From: Marsupella aquatica
Taxonomy: Eukaryota > Plantae > Marchantiophyta
Direction: 5' to 3'
DNA length: 64,000 bases
NCBI GenBank assembly: GCA_973895155.1
Contig: OZ316897.1
Coordinates: 16,908,058 to 16,972,057 of the forward strand
Part shown: positions 1 through 13,445 of the stretch, piece by piece
Layout of the letters: each line of letters starts with the position of its first letter
How positions within the stretch are numbered: position 1 is the stretch's first letter
Notes under the pieces: model-generated
What the model saw: the letters and a program-made list of their open reading frames with translations, nothing else
The model's database searches: none
Told to the model about the DNA's origin: nothing
Made by a program: the position numbers and the translations under genes

Positions 1-64
1 GTTCTCAGAGTTTCTTGTTAATTTCAGGAGCATTGCAGGCATCCGCTGTCATAGAAGAAATCCC

Positions 65-1484
65 ATGGCAGATGTGTATGAGCTTTCAGACCTCCCTGAT
101 CTTAATCAATCTATCCCCACTGTTGTTGCACAGACCAGACCCCCTCCACGAAGATTCCAATCTACTTCAGTGCCACATTCATTCCACTCAATACTTAGAA
201 CACTTGCTTCTTTGATGGCCTCAATTGCCACTGTTGTGCAACTGATGATGCCTTACTTTGACAGTGGATCCTCTTATTTACTTGAGTCTAGTGACCATTG
301 TCCAATCACCCAAGCAATGTTTTGTAGAGCCCTGTTATTTTCTCACATAGTGCCATGCTTTTTGCAAGCACTTGGGTTAGTCCATATTCGGCTGAGACAA
401 GTTGTTGATCAGTGGTACATCAAACCAAGGACTCGACAGAGATTAATAATCTGGATTGATGAGACACCTTGGGAGGATCCACACCGATTTCAAGAGTTTT
501 TCAGAATTAGCCCCTCTCTGTTTTTTTACTTATGTGAGATGCTGCATGATGATATGATCACAGACCCTCCTGTTTCACTTAGAATCTTGCCCAATCGACA
601 GCTTTTGGTATGAGACAAGTGGCTCTTGCATTGAGACGTCTAGCAACTGGTGATACTTTTCTGACTCTAGGTGAATTGTTTGGAGTTTCGAAGAGTTCTG
701 CTGTGAAGGTTACTTGGAAATTTATTTACTCTCTACGGAGGAGGGCTGCACATGTCATTCGATGGCCAGACGAAGCAGGTCTTCTTGAAGTTAAACAGGG
801 ATTTCAGGATAGATGGGGTTTTCCTAATTGTTGTGGAGCTATTGATGGCACTCACTTCCCTATAGAGTTACCATTTGGAGAGGACTCCACTCAATACTAT
901 GACTGGAAACACAAGCTTTCAGTCTCCATGCAAGCAATTTGTGATCAGAGATTGAGGTTTTTGGATGTATGTGGTGGACTGCCGGGAAGCATTCAGGATA
1001 CCAGATTAATGAGGATGTCCCGATTTTATTACCAAGTCACACAATACCACACTCGATTGGCTGGGCCTCTATTTCGCTGTCAGGATGGCAGGATGTTGCA
1101 AGAGTACATCATGCAGGGTACCCTTTACTCCCCTGGCTTATTGTTCCTTTCGCTAGAGGTGTGTCTCAGCAGACTGATGATTTTAATTACAAGTTGTCCA
1201 GTAGTAGAATGTGTGTGGAGCGAGCTTTCGGAAGGTTGAAAGGAACATGGAGAATTCTGAGCAGGGTATTGTGGAAGCCTCGAATTGAACGACTTGGGCC
1301 AATGATCTTTTCATGTTGTGTTCTTCATAATCTCATTATAGATAGGAACGATGGGCTGCCAAATGTTGTTTGGCAGCACTATCCACCTCACCCACCAGGC
1401 TATGCAGGAGTGTTGCGTCCTAACCGAAGAGTCTATAGAGGGGGGCCTGAAGCAAGAATGGCTTTATTGGACCACGTAGGATAG
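65..1484 (+). pseudogene. Harbinger (HARBI1/DDE_Tnp_4-like) transposase, frameshifted
   Basis: Motifs FRISPSLF, QVALALRRLATG, GAIDGTH, GSIQD, AGYPL, VERAFGRLKG, CCVLHN are split over three frames (65-613, 610-~1115, ~1115-1484). The expected GD (second catalytic Asp) before AGYP is missing at the ~1115 frameshift. Confidence 0.9.
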
Positions 1485-1740
1485 TGAAGCCTGTTCAATT
1501 GTCTGATGAGCAATTTTCTTCAATTTTGAAGCCATTGTAATCCAATCTATTTTATAATACCATGATTCTGTTTTTCAAAAAGCCTCCAGCACCATTCATT
1601 TGATTTGATTTGAGTTGTACTTTACTTTGAATGTCACAATATCACAACTAAATAACATGCAGAAAAGCTTGTACAAATGAAATGTTTCTGCAATAGCTCA
1701 CAGTATGAATCTCAAGAAAATTGTCCATACATTAGTTGAA

Positions 1741-1900
1741 GGTTACAAAATGTCAAAATATCTTCTGCAGGTGTGAAAATGGTTACAAAATGTCAAAATA
1801 TCTTCTGCAGGTGCGAAAATGGCTAAAAATGTCACAATATCTTCTGCAGGTGCGAAAATGGCTACAAAATGTCACAATATCTTCTGCAGGTGCGAAAATG
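1741..1900. repeat. Tandem repeat, 4 x ~40 bp
   Basis: Unit GGTTACAAAATGTCAAAATATCTTCTGCAGGTGCGAAAAT repeated four times between the convergent Harbinger genes. Confidence 0.95.
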
Positions 1901-2019
1901 GTGCTAATCAAACACTGCTTCTATCGATGATCTGTTTCAGAATTTTCTAGCCTGTATTTCTCACTTCTTTGTACAGACATCAGTCGATGGCAGTAATTAA
2001 TCTCAAGAAAAAAAACTAG

Positions 2020-3060
2020 TCAAGTCTCTGTCGACTGCCTCAATCCATCAGCAAGGTACCGAACAGAATCTGCAATGAATGACAGAGCATTGGCAACATC
2101 TATCCTTATTTGTCGGGCAGAGCGAGTCACTTCAGCTTGGGCTGATAAGGTATCCATGTGTCTCTTGTTGTTAAATGTGAGCAGCTCATTGTGCTCCTCT
2201 CTTCTTGCCATACGATCCTCTGCAATTGCTTTGACAAAATGCTCAGTCACTTTGTGCATCTCATCTCGAGTCCGCTCAGATGCCTTCTTTCTTTTCCAGC
2301 CCCGGGTGGTTGATGGATGAGCATCTCCTTGTCCAGTGACAGAGGCTGGGCTTCTCCCCATGGGGCTTGGATTGGGGGAGCTGGTCGGCTGAGAGGGTGT
2401 GGACCGGTCTCTAGTCTCATAAGCAGGAGTTGGTGTATCACGGGTGCTCGATGGTGGTACATATGAGGTATCCAAAGGATCTACATCTGAATCTAGGTCC
2501 TCAGATGCAGCAGTAGGGCTTTGGCCATTTGTGTCACCTCCACCAAAGTCTGAATTGGTAGTGGACCATGGTTGGGATTCAGGATTTGTGTCTGGTGTTG
2601 GGTCCATGGATCGTCTAATAGCTTCTTCAGCCTCAGCATCTGCTGTGCTGTCCACATACTGATTCGGGTTTGGATTGACTGCTCTATTGGCAGGGACAAA
2701 CACCACCATAGCCTCATAAATTTCTTCCTGGAAAGTAGCAGGTAAGCTTCTATCTTTCTTTTCAGATCTAGACAATTGAAAGTACCCATCACCACCAGAT
2801 GGAGTGTGGGCCTGGAAATCAAAAATCTTTTTGAAATCGGTCAGTAATTTCTCCCACCTTTTCTTGCACTGCTTCCAGCCCCTGTGAACATTGTTGGTCT
2901 TGCACATGTCTTCAATGTCCTTCCACCTTTGCTCAGCTGTCCGAATTCGTTCTCTAGATGAATCCAGTTGAGCTTGATCTTGCTGGTATTTCTTGCTATC
3001 TACCAGCACCAGAAGTTCTCTTGTGTCCCATTGAGCAGAAGCTCGTCTATCCTCTGCCAT
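2020..3060 (-). CDS. Harbinger Myb/SANT (trihelix-like) DNA-binding protein
   Basis: Uninterrupted ORF with W-x-W-x-QCKKRWEKL trihelix pattern, S/P/T-rich linker and C-terminal coiled-coil; ATG at 3060 directly follows a TTTGCAG acceptor. Confidence 0.85.
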   Translation of the reverse strand: MAEDRRASAQWDTRELLVLVDSKKYQQDQAQLDSSRERIRTAEQRWKDIEDMCKTNNVHRGWKQCKKRWEKLLTDFKKIFDFQAHTPSGGDGYFQLSRSEKKDRSLPATFQEEIYEAMVVFVPANRAVNPNPNQYVDSTADAEAEEAIRRSMDPTPDTNPESQPWSTTNSDFGGGDTNGQSPTAASEDLDSDVDPLDTSYVPPSSTRDTPTPAYETRDRSTPSQPTSSPNPSPMGRSPASVTGQGDAHPSTTRGWKRKKASERTRDEMHKVTEHFVKAIAEDRMARREEHNELLTFNNKRHMDTLSAQAEVTRSARQIRIDVANALSFIADSVRYLADGLRQSTET

Positions 3061-5981
3061 CTGCAAACTCAGCCAAACACTACATATATTTACTTCAATT
3101 CAAGTGTTTTAAAATTTCTGTTCTCTGTTATGCATGGGACGATTTAACAAAAGGGGAATTGAATGCTTCAATATAGTCTTTACTAGTAGAATTATTTATT
3201 ACTAGCAGTCTGTACAAGCTCTTTGCAATATCAGAGTAGTACCATTGATTTCTATAGAGGATTTCTAACAGCCACGCACATTGCAATTCGACAGGATTCT
3301 GAACACTGCAGATTGAAAACATTTGGATTCACAAGTATTCACAATGGTCCATCCACATTCAAGGTTTGCAAGAGCATACATTGAAGTCCACTTGACAGAG
3401 CGTTGATGGATCAGTCCTGCTAATCAGGCCCACAAGCAAGAGATTTTATTACCCAGCACAAGCAAAGCAGAGCTCTGGATGAATCCACAATCTATGAATC
3501 GAATGAAAGGAACGCTTTATTTCAAGGCGTGGACAAGCTATCGCAACAGGAGCAGAAATAGCTATGGCAGCAGCAGCAACATCAATACCTTCGGTGGAAG
3601 CCGCAGAACAAGGTCGAAGGTCGAAGGTCAAAAAAGCTATGGCGGGAGATAATGTGCAATTTTTTTTGCGCCAAACGGAACGCCAGGGCTGCAGACTCGC
3701 GGGACTCAAACTTGGGCGACAGCCGGGCCGTTGCACTCGCAGCCAGGCCGCGAGCTGCGCATCGGGTCGGCAAGATAATGTGACCGCCCACTGGCGGTTT
3801 CGCGGCTATGGCCACCCCCGGTAGCCCATAGCCTACAAAGGGCGAGGGCACCCTGCGAGGAGCGAGTGGGCTCCCCCTCCTCCCCAACTCCCCGCACTCC
3901 CCTCCCAGCCGCTCCTCAGTACGGCCCCTGCGTGGCAGGCAGCCTGACATCCCTGGGCATTCCGTGCACCGGGGCACTCCATACCCGTACGTGCATGGAA
4001 CCCCGCTCTTATTGTGATACCAGTCTCATTTTGAGCCAGTGTGGATAGTTATTTGCATCTCCTCATCTTGGAGTTTTGTCCCTTGTACGTGTAATGCAAT
4101 TTTGCAAGGAAGATTTGCATACCTTGGAATTTGATTACTTGTGCTAGGAGTCTACCCCTCCTTCGTATGGTAATGCATGTTGCAATTACCGTAAGAAGTA
4201 AAACCCATAAAAATACAGTTTGTGAAATGTATTAGAAGATCCGTTGGTCGGTGCCTAATCCAAACTACAACATTTGTTGTCAATTTCTGTATTTACATGA
4301 AGGACTTATCTTTGGAAGATAAGTATTGCATGAAATCAAGAAAAGAGAAATCTATAGATTAAGAAGTAGCGACATTCTTAATTCACGGATTTGAAGTACC
4401 ATTGTGGTATACTGAATGTGCATTAGTTTTTCTTTGGAATTGCGCATCGCTGAAGAAGGAAACATGTTGCCGGCATTTTAATGACACACTACTATATACA
4501 CAATCCGAAACTTATCTTGGGTTTTGTGAGCATAGACACTTCTTAAACATAGATTTATGATAGAAACCTAGAGAGCAGTTATAGCAAGGTTATGTTTGAC
4601 TTATCAACGTCTCAAATAATGCCATAGCTCTTTCTTAAGACATGGTGACGGAGTTAAATATTGCTAAACTATACCTCTAAAAGCTCTAAGATTCTGTTAT
4701 ACAACAAATGTCACTTTGTTCTTATTTTATTAATTCCTTGTTTTTTGTTTAAGATTCTATTTTTCTTATAGATGTTGAGTACCATCTTTAAACCACTCAA
4801 AACACTTTAAAACATCTTTTCATCCCATTCTTGTTCTTCCACGGGAACGAACACCGAGTTTTAGCATATATTCGATGATATTTGCTTTTGTTAGCATACG
4901 ACAGGCCATACCAAGACTCCATAATGTAAGCTCTCATCATCTCTCAAGTGGCTCTATGACAATGTGCTTTAGTTCTACTTATCCAAGCAAATATCGTGTG
5001 CATCCTAGTTAACCTCACCACATCTTTGACTATGGTTAGCCTAACTATGATTACATGTTGTAACCCTCGACCTTGAGTAAATACCTAACATTGACAAGAG
5101 CTTAGCTTCCAAACTAATTGAAAAATTTCAGAATCTGTTTCATTGGTATTAATGGACAAATGCCCGGAGATATGTCACAAAACAATCTGCAAACTTTGGA
5201 AGAGAGAAACAATGGCTACTGAGCTTCAACATGAAAACCTTGCTTTCCTTCTTGTTAATTTACAAGGATGTGTTGTAGCAGTAGACTTGGCAAACTAAAT
5301 CTTCTGAGACAATGTTTGATTATTTTCCCCCCAAATTTGAGAAATCATTAATTTCATATTCTAATGTTCAAAGAAAGGCGAAGGTTTAATTTCCCTTCTC
5401 CAAATTGGAGGTATATATATGCTTGATGGGACCCTTGCCAAAACAAATTTGATCACGTGACAAGCCCTTACTAAACTTAGACTTTTACAAACTAGGCTCC
5501 CCACAAAAATGTTGTGACAAATTAGGTCCTCTACATAGGTTCCATACACATGGTTCTTCTGTGGTGCCTGACTACAAGGTAAATCGTATGTTTCACACTG
5601 CAATCCATTGCACGCTATATCATAGTCCACCGCATGTATGTCTTCACATGATTATAAAGTTTAGGGGATCGATCCACCCCTACTGATAGCCGGTTTGTAC
5701 AACATTATATTAGTTTAAATATTTAGTCTAGTTCTTGCAGATTAGCAAAATTTTCCTGTTGGTGTCTTTGTTTCACACTTAGACAATTTTTGGAAGTTGA
5801 AACAAGGGAAAACAGCCAAGAGTAAAAGATACTTGATTCCTTCCATACTTAGACAAATTTGAGGTCTAAATGTGGGAAGACAACATCTGTGTTGTCTTTG
5901 TTCAACACTTGGACAAATTTTTAACGTTGCAATAGGGACGAATGGCAGTAGAGGACTCATTCCATACTTAGACAAAAGAAC

Positions 5982-6313
5982 TGTTAAGGATTGCTCTTAG
6001 TCTTGTGACTCAAAGATTACGGCACTTAGGCTAACCACAGTTAGGGTCTTAGCTGAGGTTAGGTTAGTCGTGTGTGACCTTGTATATACCAAGGCTAGTG
6101 TAAGCCACTGGGGTGGTGTGCTTACTCATTGTAACGGAGCAACTTGAGGAAGAGGGAGAGCATGTGTGTTCGTCTACTCTTGAAGTAAAGCTTGAGTGTT
6201 CGTGTGGACGTAGCCTTGGAGAAAAGGTGAACCACGTAGAGATTGTGTCGACTACGTGTGCATGGAATGAATCATGGTTGTATGGTCGTTGCGAATGACG
6301 TCTTAGTTCAACA
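5982..6313. mobile_element. Solo LTR
   Basis: TGTT...AACA termini flanked by 5-bp AGAAC / AGAAT (TSD with one transition); 332 bp. Confidence 0.7.
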
Positions 6314-6562
6314 AGAATAGAGAGAAACACCAAAACATCATGCTGCCTAACCCTGTGTATAGGTTGCGTGAAGCAACCTAAAGATGGACGGTAGGGTAGA
6401 TTTTCAAACCTAAACTAAGTAAGACATAACCCATATTGTCTTCATTTAATTAGGAGCCTGCAGTTTGCACGATGACCACCATTGATCCACAGTTCTCCTA
6501 ATGGTGTAGTTTGTCATTCACCATGGTTTGACTATAAACTTTAAAGTAGCTCGTATTGGTAA

Positions 6563-6858
6563 CTCGGGGGTCTCACTACATGGGGACCTCCCCATCACCT
6601 GCGACGTTTTTAGGCCTTGGACCCCCTAAAATGTAAGAAAAAATATTATTTTTTAACCCCTATAAAGTTGGAATATTCTTGGAATATTCCAAAAATTGGA
6701 TTAAAAAGGCTCTATTATTCTTATAAGTCTCAAAATTGAATTTAAAAGACCCTGTTGTTCTTCTACAAAAATTCTTAAGTCTTCCCTTACAACCAATAAA
6801 ATGACCCTATCCTTCGTCGCACGTGATATGCCATTTTTGTGAAAGTGAAACCCCCGAG
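6563..6858. mobile_element. MITE with 15-bp TIR and 8-bp TSD
   Basis: TIR CTCGGGGGTCTCACT / AGTGAAACCCCCGAG (1 mismatch); exact TSD ATTGGTAA at 6555-6562 and 6859-6866; related sequence at 24525-24659 and more diverged at ~54645-54920. Confidence 0.9.
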
Positions 6859-8399
6859 ATTGGTAATAATATCAAGCTAAAATTCCTTATAGGAACTTTA
6901 TAAGAACATCTGACACAAACGTCTGAGGGGGCCTAATTTGTAACAAAAATTTCATAAGGGCCTATATTCACCTAAATTTCTTTTGGCAGGGGTCCCATAA
7001 AGGATATACCTCCTCCAAATTGCAAACACAAGAAGTATATGATGTAGGTGGTCCACTAGAACAGTAGACATTGCCCATTTGCACATGGAAAAACAAGTTT
7101 ATAAACTAGAATCTGCACGTCACACTGACCATGATGTAGACAACGCCCATTTGCACAAACAACTAATTTTATAAACTAGATTCTGCACTCCACAGCTGAT
7201 GGTGATCATCTTACACATAAAATAAGAAAATTAATAAAGGGAAATACTGCAAGGTAGAGCAAGTTGTGCAATTGGCTTCAGGACACCCTGGTTTCTATTT
7301 TTCTATTAATAGATGATTCCTCTAAGAGCTTCCGCTCCTATGTGTTGGGTTTCAACTCAACCTTGGACAGATTAACTAGAGTAAACTAACCAGAATGAAG
7401 AATATATTATTCTCTTTTTTACGCCATGGAGAGTGGGCACTTAGTAATTATGATCTTTGTGTGAGAGAGCTTGGACCATTGAGCTTGCCATCAAACTATG
7501 GTGATATGTACTTGTGTTCACCACGGAGCTCTTCATTTTGGTGTACATGTGTGGCATGTGTTGGATATTTTAGAGACATAGTGCTATTCATTTTTGATCC
7601 TAATGTATGGCCCAATCTAACGCTATAATCATGATCAAAATCTACTCTTAATTAGGGTCTGTGGTTTAGAGTGTAGCCAGTCTCTAGGATGTGACTTAAG
7701 ATCATATTCAAAGGTGAGAATGAGCGCAAGTAAGAACAGGGATTGGGGAAAGTCATTACAACCAGGCATTAGAACCCATTGTAGGAAGGGTTGTAGGATT
7801 GACCTAGACTGAGACCGGGTGGTCATAAGTCACCCATTGCCCGGGCCGTGGCCAGTTGAACTGACTGCTTACCAGGCCCCACTCAGGTAGTCATCTTGGT
7901 CAAAAGGAAATAATGAGGAGAAAAAATGATTATTGGCCTAGTAGTGTGTTTGCCTTGTTGACAAGCGGTAGCTTTATTAACAACGCCAAGAGATTTACAA
8001 GCTCATGCAATGCAGCCAGGGTGAACCAACAAAAAACAAGCTTTGCTGCTAGGTGTTACCCGTTGAAAATCAAATTCAGAACATCAATGGCGATAGGATA
8101 GCACCAAATCAGAGATGTCAGGAACATATATGGTATGTTTGCTCTTTTGATGAACAGACAGTCAGTTGTACTGGAGTGGGCTCAAGCAGTCATTGTTATT
8201 TTTTGGATAGAGGCCGTTGGTTTTAGGGCCTATGTCAACTTCCTTCGTATGGCCCTCCTAAATAATTATGTGGTTCAATTTGCAACTTTGCCTGGCTTGT
8301 CAGTTTGTTGTTCAATAGTGCTGTTGTTGGGGATTCTCCGACATTTTGGCTGGTTGGGGTTCTTGGGTTTCAGTCGCGGAACTCGACTACCTTAACACT

Positions 8400-9720
8400 T
8401 AGCTCCGGCGTCGCTGACTCCGACGCCGAGCTCCCTTATGGTCCAGGCCCGGATAGGCCATCCGGGGAGGACTTAGCATGGGGAGACTTGTGGGCAATGA
8501 GACGTGGCACTGGCGAGGCAAGGGGCCAAGATGGGGACACACACTAAGGACTTGGACTAGCCTATGGCTGGTCGGGTCAAGGGGAAATGGGCCGGGCTCA
8601 AGGATGGCTGTCCGGACCGTCGAATGGACTTTGAGTTCTGAGGGCTTGGGGGTGAGCTCCTCTTGGGCCCAAGTCCAATGGAGTTGACGCCATTGGCAAC
8701 GGACGTTTGGGGCGCAAGTTATGGCCCGATCCGGGTTGGGGGCCAAATGTTTAGGGACCAAAGCTGGTCCGGGGGTGACAGGTCTCCCGAAGCATATATG
8801 AGGGGAGTGGTGTCTCCCTGGGGGCTAAGGCCGAGCCGAAGTCGTGAGCCGCGGCGGTCGCGACACTAAAGGAAACCGCCCAACAGAAATGACGATATCT
8901 TCCCAACGGGAAGTCCATTGGAGGACTTCTTGGGTGCGTTGGAAAGCTCTCGAGGAGGGCTACGTCCTCCTGAGCTCAGATGAGTCCATGGGTGCCATGG
9001 GTTCTCATGGTTTGCGGGTGTTAGCTCGCCCGCTTGCCAAATCCTGCTGAACAGCAGCCAAGCCGCGTTCAGCCTCCCAAGGGAGCTTGCGTTGGGGAGG
9101 CAAGGCCAAGTAGATATGGAGATTGAGTCCCAAGGGCGCTCGGTCCCTAGACCATCAGTGGGGCGAATCGGGAGCGGTTGTTAGAGTCGGGGCCGTTCTG
9201 GTCCCGGCGTGTTAAGACAAGCTTGGGACAAGCTTTAGGACAAGCAACGCTATTTGGGCCATGAACATGTCCTGAGGTCAGGGCGGTCAGTTGGTGATGG
9301 ATAGGTACGAGGGGGAACCCGGGTCGCACCCAAGAAAGGAGCTGTCCTGGACGGACAGTGGGCGTGGGTTCTGGTTCCGGCTTATGGCATTGGGAGGACC
9401 TATAGCTGACCTATTTACCAACGTCTGTTGAGCTTGAGTTAGGATGCTAGACTTGGGGAGTTCTAGATCCGGAGGGGTTACTTATCGAGGTGTTTGGTTG
9501 CTTGTGCAGACAGTGAGGATCGTTGAGTAGCGGTCGTGTAGGTGAGCAAGTGCGGCTTCGTATGGGAGGGGCCGCTGGTGGTGCAAAAGGCACTTGGGGG
9601 CTTGCTCGAGGTATTCCATGGAGGCGTTCAGACACCAAGGGCACTTAGGCGCGAGTGCTGGGATTGGTGAGGGCGCTGGGTGGCGAAGTCCACCACTGTT
9701 TCCCTCTCACTTTGCCCCAC
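8400..9720. other. GC-rich degenerate segment, probably an old retroelement remnant
   Basis: Sharp GC elevation with only short broken ORFs; no diagnostic motif confidently recognised. Confidence 0.3.
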
Positions 9721-12124
9721 AGCGAGATTTTGTGCTTTTGAGATCCTGCCCCCACTGCTAGAATTTGTGCTTTTGAGATCCTACCTCCCTGTATGGTTCC
9801 TTTTGTTCTTTGGCAGTGTTAGTGTATATAAATTATATATATTTTGCAAGTAGTTGTCTCGATGAACCAGAACGTTATATTCGTTTATTCAACAAATAAG
9901 TAACAAGGAATCAATGAGAAACAATGGAAAACACGTGCGTTGTGTTTGAAAATAAAAAACTGAGCACCTCAGGAACACCAAGCTGATCTCCGACAGCCAG
10001 ACTTGGCCTGGTGGATAAGGCTACCGGCCATTGCTTGTCCTCCTTGGTCATGATTTTCTTCAACCCACTTGAAGACACTGTAGACTCTCTAGAGGAAACA
10101 AATGTGAGTAAACTATTTTTTCTTGTTGTTGAAAACAATAAAATGCGTGCAAACTGTGTTGTAGGCATGTAGTTCCACATTGCGTGTGTTGGTCTAGTTT
10201 GCCACCAGCAGTCGGTCATTCATTCATTTAACTAACATAAACCTGACTCGTTCATCTGCCATTTGCTCCGTAAAGGTCTTTTCCAGGAAATAAAGGTCCC
10301 ACAAGATCGCATCGCATATATTTGATTTGCTTTTCGTCGACTGTAGAAACCTTAGAACATCCGGCAGTCGTCCCGGGTCACACATTTATAGCATATCTGC
10401 TCGAACGTTCCTACCCCTTTCTTCAAATTTATAGCAAGTAATTAAACGTTCCTCCCCCCTTCTTCAGTTTTTTATAACAATAGATCAAAAATTGCACACA
10501 AGTTCTCTCGTGCACACTTTCCATTGCCATGTTGACATGTTGCCGCATGGGTGAGATTCTTCAATTCGTGCAAAGAAATAAATTAAAAAACGTACTCAAA
10601 GCACTAAAGTGTGCCCCCAATCATATATTATCATCGTACGGCTGGGAAGGGCAAGCTAGAGGCCATCTGACGGTAGAGAAGCCTTGGCCCGGATAGAGAT
10701 CGCCAAACAGTACCTGCACGTGTAGGAAGCTTGGCGTGTTGGGGAATCTCTTTTTCCTGCGTAAGCACTACCTATTCTGCACGATGTTCGAATGTGCATC
10801 GTCTACGAATAAGTACAAAAATTATTTTACACTCGAGCTTGGGCTCAGAATTTGGCACACTTTGTACTTTTATCAGCGTGAGTTTCGATCCCAAATGGTG
10901 AATCGGAAGTAGCAAGGCAGCAGCAGAGTACGTGGCTCAAGTCGCTCCAACAGCTCTTCTATCTGGAGTTGAGTACTTGACATCTTCTTATCTGCGGTCA
11001 GGATTTATTACCGAAAGCATTGCTCGATTGAGCAAAATGGGCAGAACTTCAAGCAATTTGAGTACCAAGGAGGCAATAGTGTATGGCTCAAGTCCCAACT
11101 GCTCTATCGCACTGAAGTTGAGGTCTTGACACCTCCATCTCCGTGTATGTGGTAAAAATCATTTCCCAAGCCTTGCTCTAAGCACAATGGGCAGTACTTC
11201 AAGGGGAACTCCAAGGCTAACTAATGACAAGTATAGTAACCCATGGTTAGAAATACAAGACAATCCATTATTTGTTCTGCAGAGTACTTTGATGACTTGT
11301 GATATACTTTCTAGGTAGGTGTCCTCAACGACAATAATATCCAATCTCGCCAAAGGAGAGCTATATTACAGACCCCATGAGGGGTCCCTTGCAAATTCCC
11401 GGCATCATAGCGTGCTGTGGTGCCACAGCAGCAACACCCGCAACAAACAAGACTATTTGTATTTGTGAGTCCAATAACCAGCCTCCATCATGTTTGCAAC
11501 AGCTTCTGCGTAAAAACTGGGACGCAATGCCATCAAAAAAGGATGTAAGAAAATTAAAAATACAAAAAAAATGACTAAAAGTGTCATTTATAACATTTTC
11601 AGTTAGAATTGTAATTGCAAACTAACGTCTGGAAGGGATTCATGATATCCTTCGACTTTATTTTGCCAGTTTCTTGGCCGTGGGAATTATTTGAAAATGG
11701 GGTGCACTAGATACTTAGGTGAAATGTTTAGTAATACGTGTCCAAAAGGTGCAAGCATAGAGAATACAATTGGAATGAGCACATATGGTACACTACGTGC
11801 AAGCTGTACACTCATGGTACACCCTGCACTCTATAGAGTAGAGTAGTATCTTTGACCGCGAGGGCGAGAGAAGGAACACCAAATGAGTAATTTTTACTTT
11901 TTTGGAAAGGTCATACCTGTTTCCACTTTTTAATTTTGTTAGGAGGTGATGAGTAAGTTTTTTGGGGTTGGGTGTTACTTTTGTTTTTTCAGGACGCCCT
12001 GCCTTTTTGGCTGGTTGTTGTACAATGTAGTTGTTTTTACCTTTGGGAAAGGGGCGGGGAACTTTTAAGAGAATAAAGAAACAAAAAGAATCAAGATGTA
12101 TCCGAAAAGGAAGAAATAAAGTAC

Positions 12125-12252
12125 AAGCAAGGGAAAGCAAAAGATGTCCAAAGAGGAGAAACATAGAACACTAAAGAAGAGGCAAAAGAAGCAAAGGAAA
12201 GCAAAAGATGTCCAAAGAGGACAAACATAGAACACTAAAGAAGAGGCAAAAG
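12125..12252. repeat. Tandem duplication, 2 x ~64 bp, purine-rich
   Basis: AAGCAA(G/A)GGAAAGCAAAAGATGTCCAAAGAGGA(G/C)AAACATAGAACACTAAAGAAGAGGCAAAAG twice. Confidence 0.85.
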
Positions 12253-13445
12253 CAACCCTGAAGGAAAGCAAAAAGCCAAAAAGCCAACTAAGGTGCCGGT
12301 ATTTTTGGGTTGCCTTGGGTCTGTCTTGGACGGCCAAGAATCTAGTATTCGTTTGGTCTCCATGTCACAGGATTTGATTTATTCCTGTGATGCCTGGGGT
12401 TCGCTGTTGTTGCTCGCTGCATATCCCTTCGCTAGACCATGACTCCTTGGCATAAATGAAATTGAAAATGCAGGTGGAAATAGAGATTAAAAGCACCTCA
12501 TTGGAAAATTATTATTTTTATTATTTTTCCTTCTTGAGTAATTTAATTTAATTTAATTTATTTTTATTTTTATTGTTTTTTGAAAATTTTGGCTCATTGG
12601 AAAATATTTTGGCTCATTGGAAAATATTTGAAAGTGAACAGTTAACAATTTTCGGAAACCATTATTTGGAAATGTTTTTTTTTGTTCTCACTTCTAATTT
12701 GTATCACAGAACGGGCACCACAGGAGTGAACTTATTTCTTTGCAATGCTGTTTTGTACCCTAACTCTATTCACTCACAAAGAACAGGCAGTTTAGTCCAC
12801 TATTAGACTCCTGGGTGTATCGTGCTGAACTCTATTTTTAATTATTCTGAACAGAGGGGAGAGGAACTGAACTCAAGTATCACTCCACATGTTTCAATCA
12901 AATTTAAAGCCCAAAAGGTTACCTACTTTAAAAAGGCTCAGCTGAGTGCTTTATTCCATTCCAGGACCAATATAAACAAGGAGAAACTAGCGCGTGCGAA
13001 GTAGGCCGGGCTAGCCATATGATCACGATATCTTTCTGCTCCCACGAGTTCCATGGGGTGCTGACGTTGCTCTCGATCAATTACGCTGGGATGTGGACAA
13101 ACGGCAAAAGGCACTCGGTTTCGTTTGAGTTCATATTGAGGGGCAATTACAGAGATAGCTCATAATCGTAGTCAGAGTCTAGTGATGTTCTGTAGAGCCG
13201 GATAATGAAGAAGGAATCCCATCCTTACACTTTGGAGTGGAACAGCGCCAATCGTTCCAAAGCTCGGACAGTATGACGAGTGCAGAATACGGTCGATTGT
13301 TCGTTTTGAGAAATTAATCAGACATGTGAAACAATCCGACAGTGAAGGTTGCAGTGCTAGCAGCGGTCGGAGCAAAATTGGAGATCTTTCATGCTCATTG
13401 AAAGATCAGAATTCATCCGGAAAGCTACAGCTTACTCCACGGAAG

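Larger units (their letters stand above)
1..4008. mobile_element. PIF/Harbinger DNA transposon (left end outside window)
   Basis: Convergent DDE transposase (+) and Myb/SANT ORF (-), the canonical PIF/Harbinger pair; GC-rich subterminal region ~3680-4008 ending ...CATGGAACCCCGCTC followed by TTA (4009-4011), the typical Harbinger TSD. Right end is inferred because the partner TIR is not visible. Confidence 0.85.

Noticed and set aside
3449-4048. Overlapping GC-rich ORFs
   Set aside because: Explained by the GC-rich Harbinger subterminal region; no protein motifs.
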